NCBI GenBank assembly: GCA_036172245.1
Contig: JAYWIR010000037.1
Span: forward strand, 1,364,001-1,428,000
Reading direction: 5' to 3'
DNA: 64,000 bases
From: Raillietiella orientalis
Taxonomy: Eukaryota
The position numbers and the translations under genes were made by a program. Shown here one piece after another: positions 51,101-63,040 of the stretch. Within the stretch, counting starts at the first letter, position 1, and each line of letters begins with the position of its first letter. The notes below the pieces were generated by a model. That model ran no database searches. It had not been told where the DNA came from and saw only the letters and a program-made list of their open reading frames with translations.

Positions 51101-54100
51101 AGGGAAGTCTTAATTCTGATAAGCTTGCTATCCGCTTCGAATGCCGTTGTTATGCTCTCTCCTAACCGATTAAGTGTTGTGATTTCGACATTGTGAGAAC
51201 TGAAACTTCTGAAGTTCAGGAGCTTTGCAGGTTCACAGCAACAAGAGCACAATTTCGTACCTAAGTTTCTTGCCATCCAAAGACGAGCACAAGAAGGATT
51301 TGATATGCCGAGCGGAAAATCCACTGCTGATGAATAAGAGTACCTTGGAGGACACTGCAAAACTTGACGTTCAATGTGAGTAAACTTTGAAGGAAAGCTC
51401 ACTCATCTTTAGAGTTGGTCTAGATTCTCCAGTTGTATCAGTTACTCTAGGTAGTTCTTTGAATTCCAGCAACATCAAAGAAGGTGATGACGTGTATTTC
51501 GAGTGCAATATTGAGGCTAATCCTCCTCCCAAATTAATTACATGGGAGCACGAGGTTAGTGCAAGATACGCATGAGGTGTTTGTTTCATCAAACTTTGCA
51601 GGATTCTGCAATCATGCAAAATGTGAGTGCCGGAATCATAATGGTCGGAGCCACTCTCGTCATACAGAAGATCAACAGAGCTATGGCTGGAAAATACCAA
51701 TGCACGGTGACCAACGTTGTAGCAGAAAGAGAAAGTGCTGCTTACTATCTGCGCATCAGGTGTAAGGAAGTTTTCCATTTTCTTTCATTCTCTGTCATCA
51801 CTTCTCGGATGTATTGCAATCTGCTCATCAGGAATTTTAATCAAGTTCTATGTTGAATCCACTTTGAAGGATCCAAGACAAGAAAAGTCCAGGATTCATT
51901 TCTCTTTCAGCAGTTCTTTTTTTCTGGTTTCAATCATTTGCATTGCTTCACGTCATACACGGAAATTTTCTATAGATTCGTTCTTTGTCCTCCAAAACGC
52001 AGGAGACATGCAACTTGGAATGGACTGTCAACATCTTCAGTTACTCTAGGGCTGGCCAAGGTATATTTCGTAGGTAGCATTCGAGATGGCATCCCTGTTG
52101 ACAGAGGAATCTAATGGTCTTTCTCGATGCTTTTGCTTTGAAGCAGCCACAGGAAAGCTTTGCTTTACTGAAACGTAGAAATGACGTGCTGGAGAATCAC
52201 TTCAGGGAAGAAAGTTTGTACTCGAGAAAGAGTGTTCCAAAAGAACAGACGCGATATTTATTCCAACCAGAAATCGCAGGGATCGGACATGCATTCATTT
52301 GAAGGCATCCCTGCATTCCCGAGAAGCAAACAGGAGGAAAGCCAAGATTAAAAATGCGCAACCAAGGACGGAGACTCCTTAGTTCCTCGATTTCGTGGTC
52401 TCATACCAACAAGATGCTGAGGAAAGCAATTTCTAAACGATGATGAATACACTGTCCAAGAAGAGAAGGCACGAAAATGTTTACTTTGTAAGTCTACTGC
52501 TTTCATGGTTTACAAGGGGACTCGTCTCTGGAATGAAAAGCAGCTCTGTGGCGTGCAAGATAAGGATGTGTGTTACACTCTGAGAAAGTTTTCTTATCTT
52601 TATGAGTGTTTTCAAGATTCAAGAATAACGGAAAGCTTCGATAAGCAAGTTCCAGATGACTGCGACGCACTCAGGATTGGATGAAATCACAGCACCTAAC
52701 AGCAAATGCTCAGGAACGAAGCTCTGTGTACGCTTGAGTACTGTGGGACAGCTCGTACCATCATGAAAAATTTCGGAAAGAGGCAGTGGGAGCATCCACA
52801 AGCAAATCTGGAAGAATGAGATGAGTCTTCGTTCATTCAAGATTAATCTCAAACAACGGGAGGGACGGATTCCAAAGTATTTTTTGATTAGGTCCAGACT
52901 ATCAGTTGCTAATAACAGCAACATAATAGAGCAAACTTTACGAAAATGACATGGGAGTGTCGATACAAAGTATTGGAAATCCATTTTGCGAAATAGAATT
53001 AAGAGAAAACATTTATAGAAATCATTTTCTCTCCCTCTCTCTCTCTCTCGGCCATGAAGAGAGGGAGCAAGCAAATCCGGTCTCTAGAAGTCTAACCAAA
53101 GTTCTCTGGTTCACTAGGTTGGTTTCGTCTTCGCTCCGTGATACTGAGGGTTGTCACGGATACAGCTGTGCTCCAGGATTCTGTTTCCCAGATTTATAAT
53201 AATGGGCACATCCTCATCATCTTATGCTTGCGCTTGTTCAAAAGTTGAGGCAATTGCATTGCATCGCGGCAGTGGTGAGAGAACACTAAGGAAAACTCGT
53301 ATGAGAGATCTAAGATTGTTAGTCAAGGGATGTAAACGCTGCTTCGCGGCGTTCTCCGTTTTTGCGAGATATCTGAGCAAGTGCATCCAAAACGAAACTA
53401 TTCCTGCTGATCATCGAATTCTAAGGATTCCGTACCTGCTCTAAATAGAAGCTCCAAATATATTAGCAGGGCTTTCTGAATGGAAATTTTAGACCCTGAA
53501 AAAAAGCAGTGCCGAAACCATCATATGACTGAAGGATTTCCTGTAAGCGCTCATGAAATACTAATCGAATGTTATGGAAAAGCAAGCAGTCAAGGAAATA
53601 AGCAAACATAGGGATGATGATCGCTAATGAGAAGACAGATAGGCATCTGGGATGGCCATGTTTCAAACAGTGCAGAATCCGCGTGTGCATCCACAAGAAT
53701 CCGAAAAGCAAGTTTTCTAGCTAACGTGCTGGGCATGTCTCTGGAAACTTTTAGCTAAGGCACGAGGAAATTGCAACTGCACGCTTGGAATGCTGCTAGA
53801 ACAGCATCCTCATCACGAGAACTGAAATTTCCATAAGCTCGCAAAGTCCTTTTTGCATGTGACAGATATTTTGCGACAATCTGGCTTTCTGAAACTGATT
53901 GGACACCGTCATCTTTTTGCTGATACCTTAATACCCTGTGCTTTGCATTTCTTATCGTTCCTGCAGGGAATTGCAATCACGGTAACATTATTTTGCAATC
54001 ACTGTTCAGGAGGAATACCTTCTTCCGTAGAATAAGGAACAGAGATTTCTGTTTCCTTGATTTTTTCGCTCCAAGATCATGCTATTTCTCCTGCTTTCCG

Positions 54101-57100
54101 ATCAAAAAATTTCCGGTAGATATATTACAAAAGCGCAAGCAAGCATGCTAGAAGAAAGGCATTCATTTCGTTTGGATGGGAGATTTTCAGAGCCAGACAC
54201 GACTGTGATGATCGGAAAATATTTTGATCGAGGTCAGTTTCCAAAGGCAAGAAAATGTTCAACTTTACGTTGATTACCCTTTATCTTCCTGCACGTGCGA
54301 TCATGAGCAAAAGTGGTAGCTCTGAAATGCTTCCTTCATTCCTCCCATATGTAAAGACTAACCAAGCGCACAAGATATCTGGGACAGATTAAAGAAAGAT
54401 GCTCAAATAGTAGTGAGGAATTCCTCCGCCTAGAGCTGGCTGCCATCTCCACTTACAAAGGCGTGTTAACTGATGCTACATGAAAATGTGGAAGGTACGT
54501 CGTGGCGAATAAGAGATTCCTGACCATCATTTATGGCACCAAACATACTTCCGAGAAACATTTCTCATTTATTAAAAGAGAAAGTCCGAAACAGAAAAAA
54601 TTCTGTTGTATTCCGAAAAGGCGAATGATTTCTCATTTACATGTGCATTACCGAATCTTCGAATGCAAATAAGCTGTCGGCTTTCACTAACGGCCACTGT
54701 TTGAGAAAAATGTTGCCAGCTTTCGCAAATGCAATAATTCTGTCCTATATTAATTAGAACACATTGATCCTATACAAGGTTCTTGATGTGTGAGTCTTGG
54801 GTCAGATTATTTTCTTTCATTTCCTCAATTTATCGTATGTATGGAATTTTCAGCAAGGTTTCAAATCCAAGGTGCCTCCCCAAACTTTACGATCTGTAAA
54901 TGCTTGAAAGGGTGATCTTGGAATATTTAATCATGAAGAAGATCAGTGTCAACACGGAAGGTCGTGCCAATAGCACATGAGAGTAGATTTCACTTGATTC
55001 CTCATTCTTTAAATCCCTCCTTCAAAGTCTGGAAAGTCTGAAAAGTGGGCATATCGTTGGCATTTCAATTTTACAATATTGAGCACATACTTTTCATCTT
55101 CCTGCAAAGCTCCGAAATTCCGAATCGATGAGCACACAGAAAATGTGCGAAAAAAAATCTGAAAAGAAGTCACTCTGTCTGTTACTCTTTACTCATCTGG
55201 GATCTCCTCATTCGATAGAAGGGCGAAAAACACACATGTTGGGAACCCACCTGGACAAGAGTCCTACGACTCGATATGGAATTTCCATTCTGGGATTCAA
55301 ATTACATGCATTTGCTTCACCCATGAACCGAAAAGCTGTTGACGTTTCTTGAAGATTTACCAAAGGGTAAGGCAAACTTTTGCTGAAGCGTGTTTCTGAA
55401 TATTTCAAAGGACACAAAATCCGTGGTTCTAACCAAGTTCACTAGCGAACGTGCTGCACCTATCGTTAGCAACTTTTGGCCAAGGACAAATAAATATTTC
55501 AGCTGCTCTCTTGGAATGCCTCTGCGGCAAATAGATTAACTCCAAACAGATAAACAGTTATCCTGAACAGGGCATCGACATTGCTGAAGTGATGGATCAA
55601 CCCTGATAGAAACACCAGCCTCTTCCTTCATCCGTCGCGGATTCCGCTAAGAAAGTAAAGGAAACAAAGTATCATTGAAAGTAGGAATGAAAATTTGGAA
55701 TTTGGAATCATTCAGCCGGTTGTGCAAACGCTGAGCCCAATTTCACCAACGATTCATAGATCAGTGGCCACCTAAACCATATCAAAAAATAGAACTGTAC
55801 ATCTTCGTCGTGCCGATGAAGTCAGACGACTTGACTGGATATCAGGAAAGCTCACTTTTATTTTTGAGAGAACCACAGATGGGAGATGAATCCATAAATT
55901 TTATAGCTTTCCAGTCCGTAAAGCACAGCCGTTGAAATCTCGTGTGACCACGTATGTGCGTCGAGGTATCGCTTTTGCAAAGAGCGAGGAAACGCTTGAC
56001 GACGCGATTAATGCACAAACCATCCCATCACGTGACCTCTCGAGTCACACAGCGTTGACAAACAACCAGTCCACTGCGCAAACACCATATTTCTCACTAT
56101 ATTCCCTGAGCAAACTTGAAGCGCGTGAAAGATAGTTCTTCTGGAACTTGAGAATAAATCGAGACATGCCGTAAGAAAGTCGTTGAAGCAAGCGAGTGGA
56201 AATCTGTGTAAGGAGCAACACCTTCTGTCCATCCTAAGTGAACACATTCGAATCATGAAACTGATCTCGAAAACGCAAGCTATCCGTGAGAGTTTGGTGT
56301 AGTGAAAGCAAGAAATCCTAGAAAACTCGAAGAGATTTTTCCTTTTTTTCACATAAACTAAGGATTTTGGGTGCCAGCGCTCGACCACATGACATAAGAT
56401 GTGAAAACTATACTACGTCTTTTACTATCATCTTTCGTTTGCGATGCACCCTACTGCAGATGTCCACTGGCATCAAAGAGTTGGTTGTTGGGATCAGATA
56501 ATTTCGATATCCATGGTAGTCCACAGTTTTGAAGAAATGGAAACAGAGGTTCTGCTTTCAAAAGGTTCAAGACATGCGTGGCACAGCGTGCCTTAATGTT
56601 CTGTGGAAGTGATTTTTATTGCATACTCATCATCAATAAATCAAATGAGTGCTTCGTGCGCTTTTTTTTCCTTTCTTTCAAACTCTTATTTGCAAAAAAA
56701 AAGGGTTGCTTGCTGATTCCATTTTTCCGACTTTTCATCCACAAGACATCTGTGCCTGTTATTCTCTAACAGGAATCCAAATTGCATTTGGTAGCTTTTT
56801 TCTATAATAACTACGCATGAGAATCAAAATCTTCCCTATCATTTAAATTTGTAGCTTTGCATTGGTTTCCATTCTGCGCATCTGCCTTCAGAGAAAAATG
56901 CCTGACCTCTAAGATAAAGTTTAATAGCTGAACTTTGGAGCTGTTAATTTGATCTCTTCGGGGAGACAAAATGAAACCTTCCTATAGTAGGAATGAGGTT
57001 TTAGCGTTGTAGGATGTTCCGACTATTGTGGGCAATGTTTTGGAAGGAGGTTGGGAATTCTTGGATGAAGCAGATGTAACGCAGAAAACAAGTATAGAAC

Positions 57101-60100
57101 GGGAACTGGTGGCAAGGCTACCGTCTTTACTGACCAAATACAGCAATTCAGACAGCTGAGCTGGCAGAAAAACTGTTAAGGGTTAGATCGAGAAGAATTC
57201 GTGAATTCCCTGAACAAAGTTTTGACAAAGTAGTCAAGTCCGCAAAGAACAAGAATTTTCGGACCGACCACTTTCTCATCACTTTCTTTCAAATTGGTCA
57301 ATCTCATTTTTGCTATTATTTTTAAAAATGATCCCTCCATGTGCTGAAAAGATCGAAAGTATCTGTGACTGACCATTCCAAGCCAGCCTGCATTCCGCTC
57401 AGATTAAAATTTAGCAAATTTCGGAATCCGGAATAAGAGATTCGCATGATCAGCAGAAAAGAATTGCGAGCAATTAGCATCCTCATTAACAAACGGCATT
57501 CAAGTCCACTAAGAAGACGTAGAAGGATTCTACGGTTTTTTTTAAGCTACTCATTTCCTTTCCACGCATGAATTGTTTCGAAATCTTTCACATCTATCCA
57601 GAGGGCAGACAGGTGCCTCATAATTTGGAGATTCGTACAGAATAAGGGCACCCGCTTCACAGGAGAGGCAAGGAGGGGAATCCAATTGATTCCGGGAGAG
57701 TGGGATTGGTGCAGGAGGCAAAACAACCTCCTCGCCATATCTGCAGTGCCTGTGAGAATGCTCGTCTCCGTTACAAACCGAGCGGAAGATGCTGTCGAGA
57801 CAGCCGAGGTCCTCCTGCAGCACGGCAGCTGGGCTCTACTCGCGATCCAGTTCTCTACCCCGATAACAAGTGACTACCAGCCTTCCATCCTGTTCTCAAA
57901 GCATGCATCAAAAATCCGCAAGGACCGGCTAAGCTCCCCACGTTACCCTACTCGAGTTGCTCATTCCTGTGCGCTTGTTGGAGAAGTGTTCTCTTCGGGG
58001 AGCGTAATGTTCATTTTTCGTTATCACGAATTCACTGATAAGACTCGCTGCGTTTCGAATGCGCGAGCATATCAGTATAATGCAATCATCGTGTTTTATT
58101 GTAGTTGTTCCAGAATGCGAGTTTCAAGGCGTTCGGGATTTTCGGATCTCATTACTGGAAAAACTGAATGCTACATGCCAAGTTAACTCGGAGCCGCCGG
58201 CTACGTCGTTTGCTTGGTTCCTGAACAACTCCGTGGAGATGCTGGAAATCCCACAGCACAAATTCACAAACGAAGGCAAAAGGAGCCTTCTGATTTATGA
58301 GCCTCAAACAGAGTACGATTTCGGGACTCTCATCTGCACAGCTCAAAATGAGATGGGAAAACAACTGCAGCCGTGTCAGTTTGCGGTATCCAAGGCCGGT
58401 AAGAATGTTCATGTAGCCATCTTTCGTTGTTGCCTGCTGTTGTCTGCTTCGTTCTTGTAAAGTCATCTTCCCGAAACGAGTACTTGGACCATGTTTGGAA
58501 GTCGTCTGCGCAGAGTTTGAGGGTGTCACTGTTGACAGTCAGACCGATTGCTTGCGAATTTGATGATCGGAAAAGTTTGTGCAAATCTCAGAACAAAATG
58601 AACTAGGGCATTGGAGAGAAGCACGAGCACACGCCAAAAAATTCCATAGAGGATTCTCTTCTGCCTTGTTTCGTTTTCCAGGAACACTGACGGAATCGAA
58701 GGGAACTATGGAAACATTTTGATGTGATTCCTTGGTATTTCTTCTCAAAACCCTATTCACTTGATGAATTCTTCCATCCCGATTCCCATGTCTTTTATGG
58801 ATTGCTGTTTTCTCTATGGATATTGCAGAGTTGGACTCACCTCTACAAAAGCCAGCGTCACAAGAATTTCTTGCTATCGTTACTTTGTTTTTTTATACGT
58901 TATTTCACGCTGTTCATTGACGTAGGAAGACGTTGGTCTTCAGCAAAGCAGATGTCAAGAATTTTGAAATTAGATGGGATACAGAGATTGCAGGAGAAAT
59001 TTTCATATGATTTCTCAGCTATTCTTGCGCCTATTACAAGGCACCTCCTCAGATGCATAGTCGTTCCGCTATAAACAAGAACAGGGAATGAATCTGTGAG
59101 GTTCGAATTGTCCTATGCTTATGTCCACAAGAGTTGGATGCTCGTTAAAAGGATACGCACTAACTATGACGGGAAGAAACTCTGAGGGAAGATCCAGCTA
59201 CTGATTTCTTAGAATGTAAGAGTGAGATAGAAGCAAGCACTTTCCCTAATGTCGTTGTCTTGGAAATTCCTGATTATGCCGATTGGCAAGATCTGTACTG
59301 TGGTTGGCGATTCAGCTAAAGATCCTAGTCGCTAAAATGTAGAGATGAGTAAAACGTTTGTTTGCTGAGGTGGTGCCTAGAAACTCACCCGCCTCTTGCT
59401 GGGATAGAAGTTTGTCTGAAGAGAGAAAACTCGGAGTCTCAGGTACAAAAATTCCCAAAGGATGCTTATCCAAGATCAGCTAAGGATCCTCCCACTTTGT
59501 TTTATCGAGTGGATGGAAAACACGAAATTTTCTTGCCTTCATACACGATCACAAGAAACATCAGAACTCATCAGCGTCTCCAGAGTTAGATAAAAGCAAC
59601 GGAATTCTCCCTGCAAGCTATTTTTTTTTTCTTCAACATTTTTTTCAATAATTTCATAAATTTGCAACGAGCAGCTCAGAGGAGCGGTAGGTGCCGACCA
59701 AGGAATCAGTGTCGACTCGGTACCTCTTCGTTATGTTGTACATGATGATCTTAGAAACACGAAATGAAGAGTTGGGACCGAACCCTCCTAGTAAAGATTC
59801 TGCATTCCTGGCAAAGGACGCTGATACGGAAGATTTGCCGTAAATCCAAAGTAATGTGGCGCCAACTACGGCTTCTGAAAGAGAGGGAGTGAAAAGACAC
59901 TTTTGCATCGGAGTATCATCACTACTTACCGGGTGCATCTCATGGATGGAAGGATGAAGATACCTCGAGTTGTGTTGACTCAAAGAAGGTTCCGGTGGTC
60001 AAGTTTTTCCTCAATGCAGATCCTGAAACAAAGATTTTAACAAATTCCGAGATTTGGAAGAAGGATTGCGTGCTTCAGAGAAGGATTTTTTTTTTTTTTT

Positions 60101-61501
60101 TCGGCCATCTTGAATAATCCGAACGCACGTTCTTCTGCTGCTAGAGACAACCTGTTTTTCTTCGTTGATTATGCAGCACTGAAGTCTGAGAATTTTCTTC
60201 TTAATCTTTATCGGAGGATGCGGAAAGCTCTCAGATGAAAACTGAGATGATAAAAGGAAAACAAGGCGATCAGAAACCGGATCACTTGGTATCAGAGCAA
60301 TGCATGGGTCCCTGAGAAGCTTCAGCAGATTTCTTCGCCAAAAGCAGCCCCCTATCTCAAGGAATGCTAGGTTTGCAGCATGATTTTCTGCTAAGACACA
60401 TCCATTTTTGAATGTGAGAGGCCACAGATAGCGCACAAGGTGCGAAGGGTGGAATGGGAAACCTATATTGGACATGACATGAATGTCAAGAGTGGAGTGG
60501 ATGCCTACAGTGCATAAACCCTTCTAATCAATGAATTGATGTAATGTACACGAGCTTCTACACAGGTTCCCCTTGCAAAGTTTCCTTCCTATGTGCTTCA
60601 GCTCACCACCTCTCTGACCTCTCGCTCTTTCTTCTTCTCATTCCTGCGTCCTCCTTAGACTCCTTTCCAGACCTCCAGGAGTGTCAGAGTGTCAGTTGAA
60701 GGTGATGCTCCTACGTCCTGGATTTAAACACCCTCACACTCTTGTCGCTGTTCCTCCTGGTGGCCGGAGAGCGGCCCTTACAGTCGCCTGCCTTCATCCC
60801 ATCCCTTACGCGACAGCGCTGCCTCCGTACTGTCTCTGCCGCTTCCCATTCCGCGACGCGGAGAAGAGTTTCCCCGTCGGTCATCGTCGTTCCCCGTTCT
60901 TCCATTGGCAAAGGGACTCTCGGTGGGCAAGTGTCTCTGCTTCCTTCATCCCACACAGCTTCTAGGTACAGAGTCGCTTATTCGGAGGCTACCCACTTCC
61001 ACCTCCACCACCAGAGTCGGAATATCCTTAGTTTGTTCATCATTGTCCATACAACTTTATAGGGGGAAGAAGAGAACAGTACGGTGTCTTTGCAGGCTCG
61101 GAGGTTGCGGTAGCTTAGGCTTCTGCCGGACGGGAGGAAACTCTGAACACAATGACTCTGGAGCATCCCACTGTTCTCATGGCACATTCCTTGTTGTTCA
61201 GGACCCCCTGAGGTTCCCCAGAACTGCTCCGTGGCAAACATCTCGGCTCACCTGATACACGTGGCTTGTCTGCAAGACGGTGCCCAGGGCGATAGATCTC
61301 GGCTGTATCACATGGAGGTTTACGACGGGATCAAGCCGGTCCCCATAATCGTCGACAGGAGCACTGTTCCCTCCTTTGCCATCTCCAACCACGAGGATCT
61401 CCTGGACCTAAAGATTCTGGTCTACGCAGAGAACGCAAAGGGCAAGAGTTCTCCCGTCTCCCTGGAAGTTTCCTTGCTGAAGTCCGCGGAGAGAAGATCA
61501 G
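38987..61501 (+). CDS. Sidestep-family (nephrin-like) Ig-superfamily cell-surface protein, 5 Ig + FN3; partial model, 10 exons, 5' and 3' exons not found
   Basis: Ten exons join in frame with consistent phases (1848 nt, no stops). Side-family motifs include ELPC..LVFWY..PFY|TYDAR, YICRVDFQNSP, CxTSGSKPRAVLTW, CRAENP, LGSSLNSSNIKEGDDVYFECNIEANP, FAWFLNNS, DFGTLICTAQNEMGKQLQPC and PxxPQNCSVAN. The paralog cannot be named from sequence alone. Confidence 0.92.
41298..41512 (+). CDS. Side-like exon, Ig1 second half
   Basis: TCTAG acceptor, GTAAGG donor; YDARYKER...SLRISNVDRLDDDVYICRVDFQNSPSQYSRIFLQVI. Confidence 0.92.
42670..43567 (+). mobile_element. GC-rich intronic insertion with a tRNA-like 5' segment, low-complexity body and A-rich tail (possible SINE-like retroposon)
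   Basis: GTGGTTGAGGCTTCCGCGCGTGGC...GGGTTCGAAT (about 42690-42735) has tRNA-like A/B-box spacing. The body is rich in GGTTCCC/CCCTTC-type motifs, and an A-rich tract spans 43531-43567. Confidence 0.3.
46072..47015 (+). mobile_element. NeSL/Utopia-like (R2 group, restriction-like endonuclease) non-LTR retrotransposon, 5'-truncated degenerate 3' end
   Basis: In order: FLTNE*YVRFQDYIFI*GARLKLLP; zinc knuckle CRRCQTGDEKLSPILNRC; RLE core LRSDPVLKK..LDIYYPFEGGKEAF..KLEKY (PD..D..PFE..K.KY); after a frameshift ALIVGSPETWDPDN...MVTSCMQHSRETYAAH, stop about 46853; then a UTR-like AT-rich end. Confidence 0.85.
47952..48065 (+). CDS. Side-like exon, Ig2 first half
   Basis: TTTCAG acceptor, GTAGT donor; VPPEKLLLWDTSG...PYDEDSLVTISCAAVNG. 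Confidence 0.88.
48119..48322 (+). CDS. Side-like exon, Ig2 second half (ends at a GC donor)
   Basis: TTCTAG acceptor; GIPQPGVIWL...NLTCKASNSEIGEPSSASLIINMN. Ends AATT|GCAAGT; phase 1 is required to join the next exon as TTA (Leu). Confidence 0.85.
50059..50207 (+). CDS. Side-like exon, Ig3 first half
   Basis: TTTCTAG acceptor, GTTTGC donor; LFPTKVQIIGKRILRENKTATIECVTSGSKPRAVLTWYLNGEKMTKDIIE. Confidence 0.9.
51231..51375 (+). CDS. Side-like exon, Ig3 second half
   Basis: TTTGCAG acceptor, GTGAGT donor; VHSNKSTISYLSFLPSKDEHKKDLICRAENPLLMNKSTLEDTAKLDVQ. Confidence 0.9.
51424..51554 (+). CDS. Side-like exon, Ig4 first half
   Basis: TCTAG acceptor, GTTAGT donor; YSPVVSVTLGSSLNSSNIKEGDDVYFECNIEANPPPKLITWEHE. 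Confidence 0.92.
51602..51761 (+). CDS. Side-like exon, Ig4 second half
   Basis: TTTGCAG acceptor, GTAAGG donor; DSAIMQNVSAGIIMVGATLVIQKINRAMAGKYQCTVTNVVAERESAAYYLRIR. Confidence 0.92.
53027..53048 (+). repeat. (CT)n microsatellite, imperfect
   Basis: TTCTCTCCCTCTCTCTCTCTCT visible directly. Confidence 0.75.
58105..58398 (+). CDS. Side-like exon, Ig5
   Basis: TTGTAG acceptor, GTAAGA donor; FVPECEFQG...CQVNSEPPATSFAWFLNNS...YDFGTLICTAQNEMGKQLQPCQFAVSKA. Confidence 0.93.
61202..61501 (+). CDS. Side-like exon, FN3 domain
   Basis: TTGTTCAG acceptor, GTAGAT donor; GPPEVPQNCSVANISAHLIHVAC...YHMEVY...LVYAENAKGKSSPV. Confidence 0.9.
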
Positions 61502-63004
61502 GTAGATTTCATCGCCACTTGCAGTCTCTTTAACTCCCTCTCTCTCCGCGTATCCTTCCCCGGGTTTGAGCTTTGCAAGGCTGAGAACGCGCAGCGACCT
61601 TACCTCCTCGAGCGCTCGGAGGGCATGACGGTCCTCGCTTTAGTCTTTCTGATCATCGCTTCCATCTGGGCACTAGAAAAGTAGGAAAGACCTGAAGAGC
61701 GAAAAGTCTGCGGAATAGGGATAGAATGAAGTGAGGAGGAGAAGGGGGAGCTTCCGCCGTTTCGTTCATCCGAACAATCAAGGAAGGATACAAGGAACAT
61801 TGAGCGACTCCTCTGCCTTGATCAATAGGAAGAGCATGAGAGAAAGGGATGGGAAAAGGGAAACCGTCCAAAACGCCTTCCCAATGCTTCGCTTCCGGTT
61901 TCGATGTGTTTTTTTTCTTTCCTATTTGCTCTCAATTGCGGGACGGGAAGGGGAAAGAGCCTCTGGTCATCCCCGCGTACGACGCCTTGTTTTCCCACGA
62001 GCGAGGTTCTCCAAAACGCTCGCTTCCTCTCGGCGTGCACCCCTCCATCTTCAATCAGCCGACCAGGCAGCGCTAAAGGATCATTGCCCATCTCCCGCTT
62101 ATAGAAAGCAGACGCAGTGGTGGCAGTTTTCCTGTACGGTCTAAGGAACGCTCCTCTCGGCGAAAGGACGCCTCGCGTTTCGATTTCCGCCCCGAAGCAT
62201 TTGATATCTGCGACCGGAAGAGGAACAGGCAGCTGCTCGCCCTGAAGACGAAAAGAAAGCTTTTCCGGCGTCTATATCTGGTTCCCTCCCTTGACCGGGA
62301 TGGCGTGTCGAAGTGGCGCCGCCTTCTTCCGGGAGTGCGGCGGCCATGGAGAGGCTGCTCCTCCTGCAGGAGGAAGAAGAAACGCCCAGGAAGAGAAAGG
62401 GACGATCCCGGACTAGCACCGTCCACTTCTCGTTCCCTCGGGCGGAAATGGTCATTTCTGCGGGGCTGGGAAGAGAACGCTGTCAAGGTCAGAAGTGCAT
62501 TTCCGTTACGATCCCCAGGGGCAGAAGTCGCCGCTCCTTTGTTTCCCCTAGCTCTGAGCCTGGTGACCACCTCGATGGGGCATCGACGGTCCGCAGGCAT
62601 CCCACCAGTGACCTCCTCTCCGAAATCGGAACGGAGGTCAAGCGTCCCGGACGATGCTCACGCTCCCCAGTAGCATCTTCGGGTGAGAGGGGGCGTGAGG
62701 CTTTCATATGAAAAAAACAAAACAAAATAAAGGAGAGATCCGAAGCGACCCGGTACGAGGGGGAGAGGCAGTTTCAACAGGCAAGTGTGTGCCACCCGGG
62801 TGAAGTCCACCAAGCGTTCGGTCCACACAGGCTCCATTGGAGAGAACCGAACGCTCGGCAGCCGCCGGTAGCGGCCAACAGAGTTGATGGATTCCGAGGA
62901 GGGGCGGACTTTCTTTCCGGCTTCCCGATCCTGACGATGCCATCCACAGCCAAGGAAAAGTCTGGGTATTAAAGCGGATCGGAGGGGGCGTTGGCGGGAT
63001 GAAA

Positions 63005-63040
63005 ACGCACGTCCAGGTGCTATTGCACCTGGACGTGCGT
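63005..63040. repeat. Perfect 16-bp inverted repeat (hairpin) with a 4-nt loop
   Basis: ACGCACGTCCAGGTGC-TATT-GCACCTGGACGTGCGT. Confidence 0.95.

Noticed and set aside
60659..60965. Strong polypyrimidine tract and AG at 60658 suggesting an extra Side exon
   Set aside because: The phase-1 frame hits a stop within about 14 codons, and Ig5 already joins FN3 (61202) cleanly.
61580..61684. Hydrophobic peptide MTVLALVFLIIASIWALEK* just after the FN3 exon as a TM/GPI tail
   Set aside because: The available acceptor (61579) is phase 0 while the FN3 donor is phase 1, so it does not join in frame.
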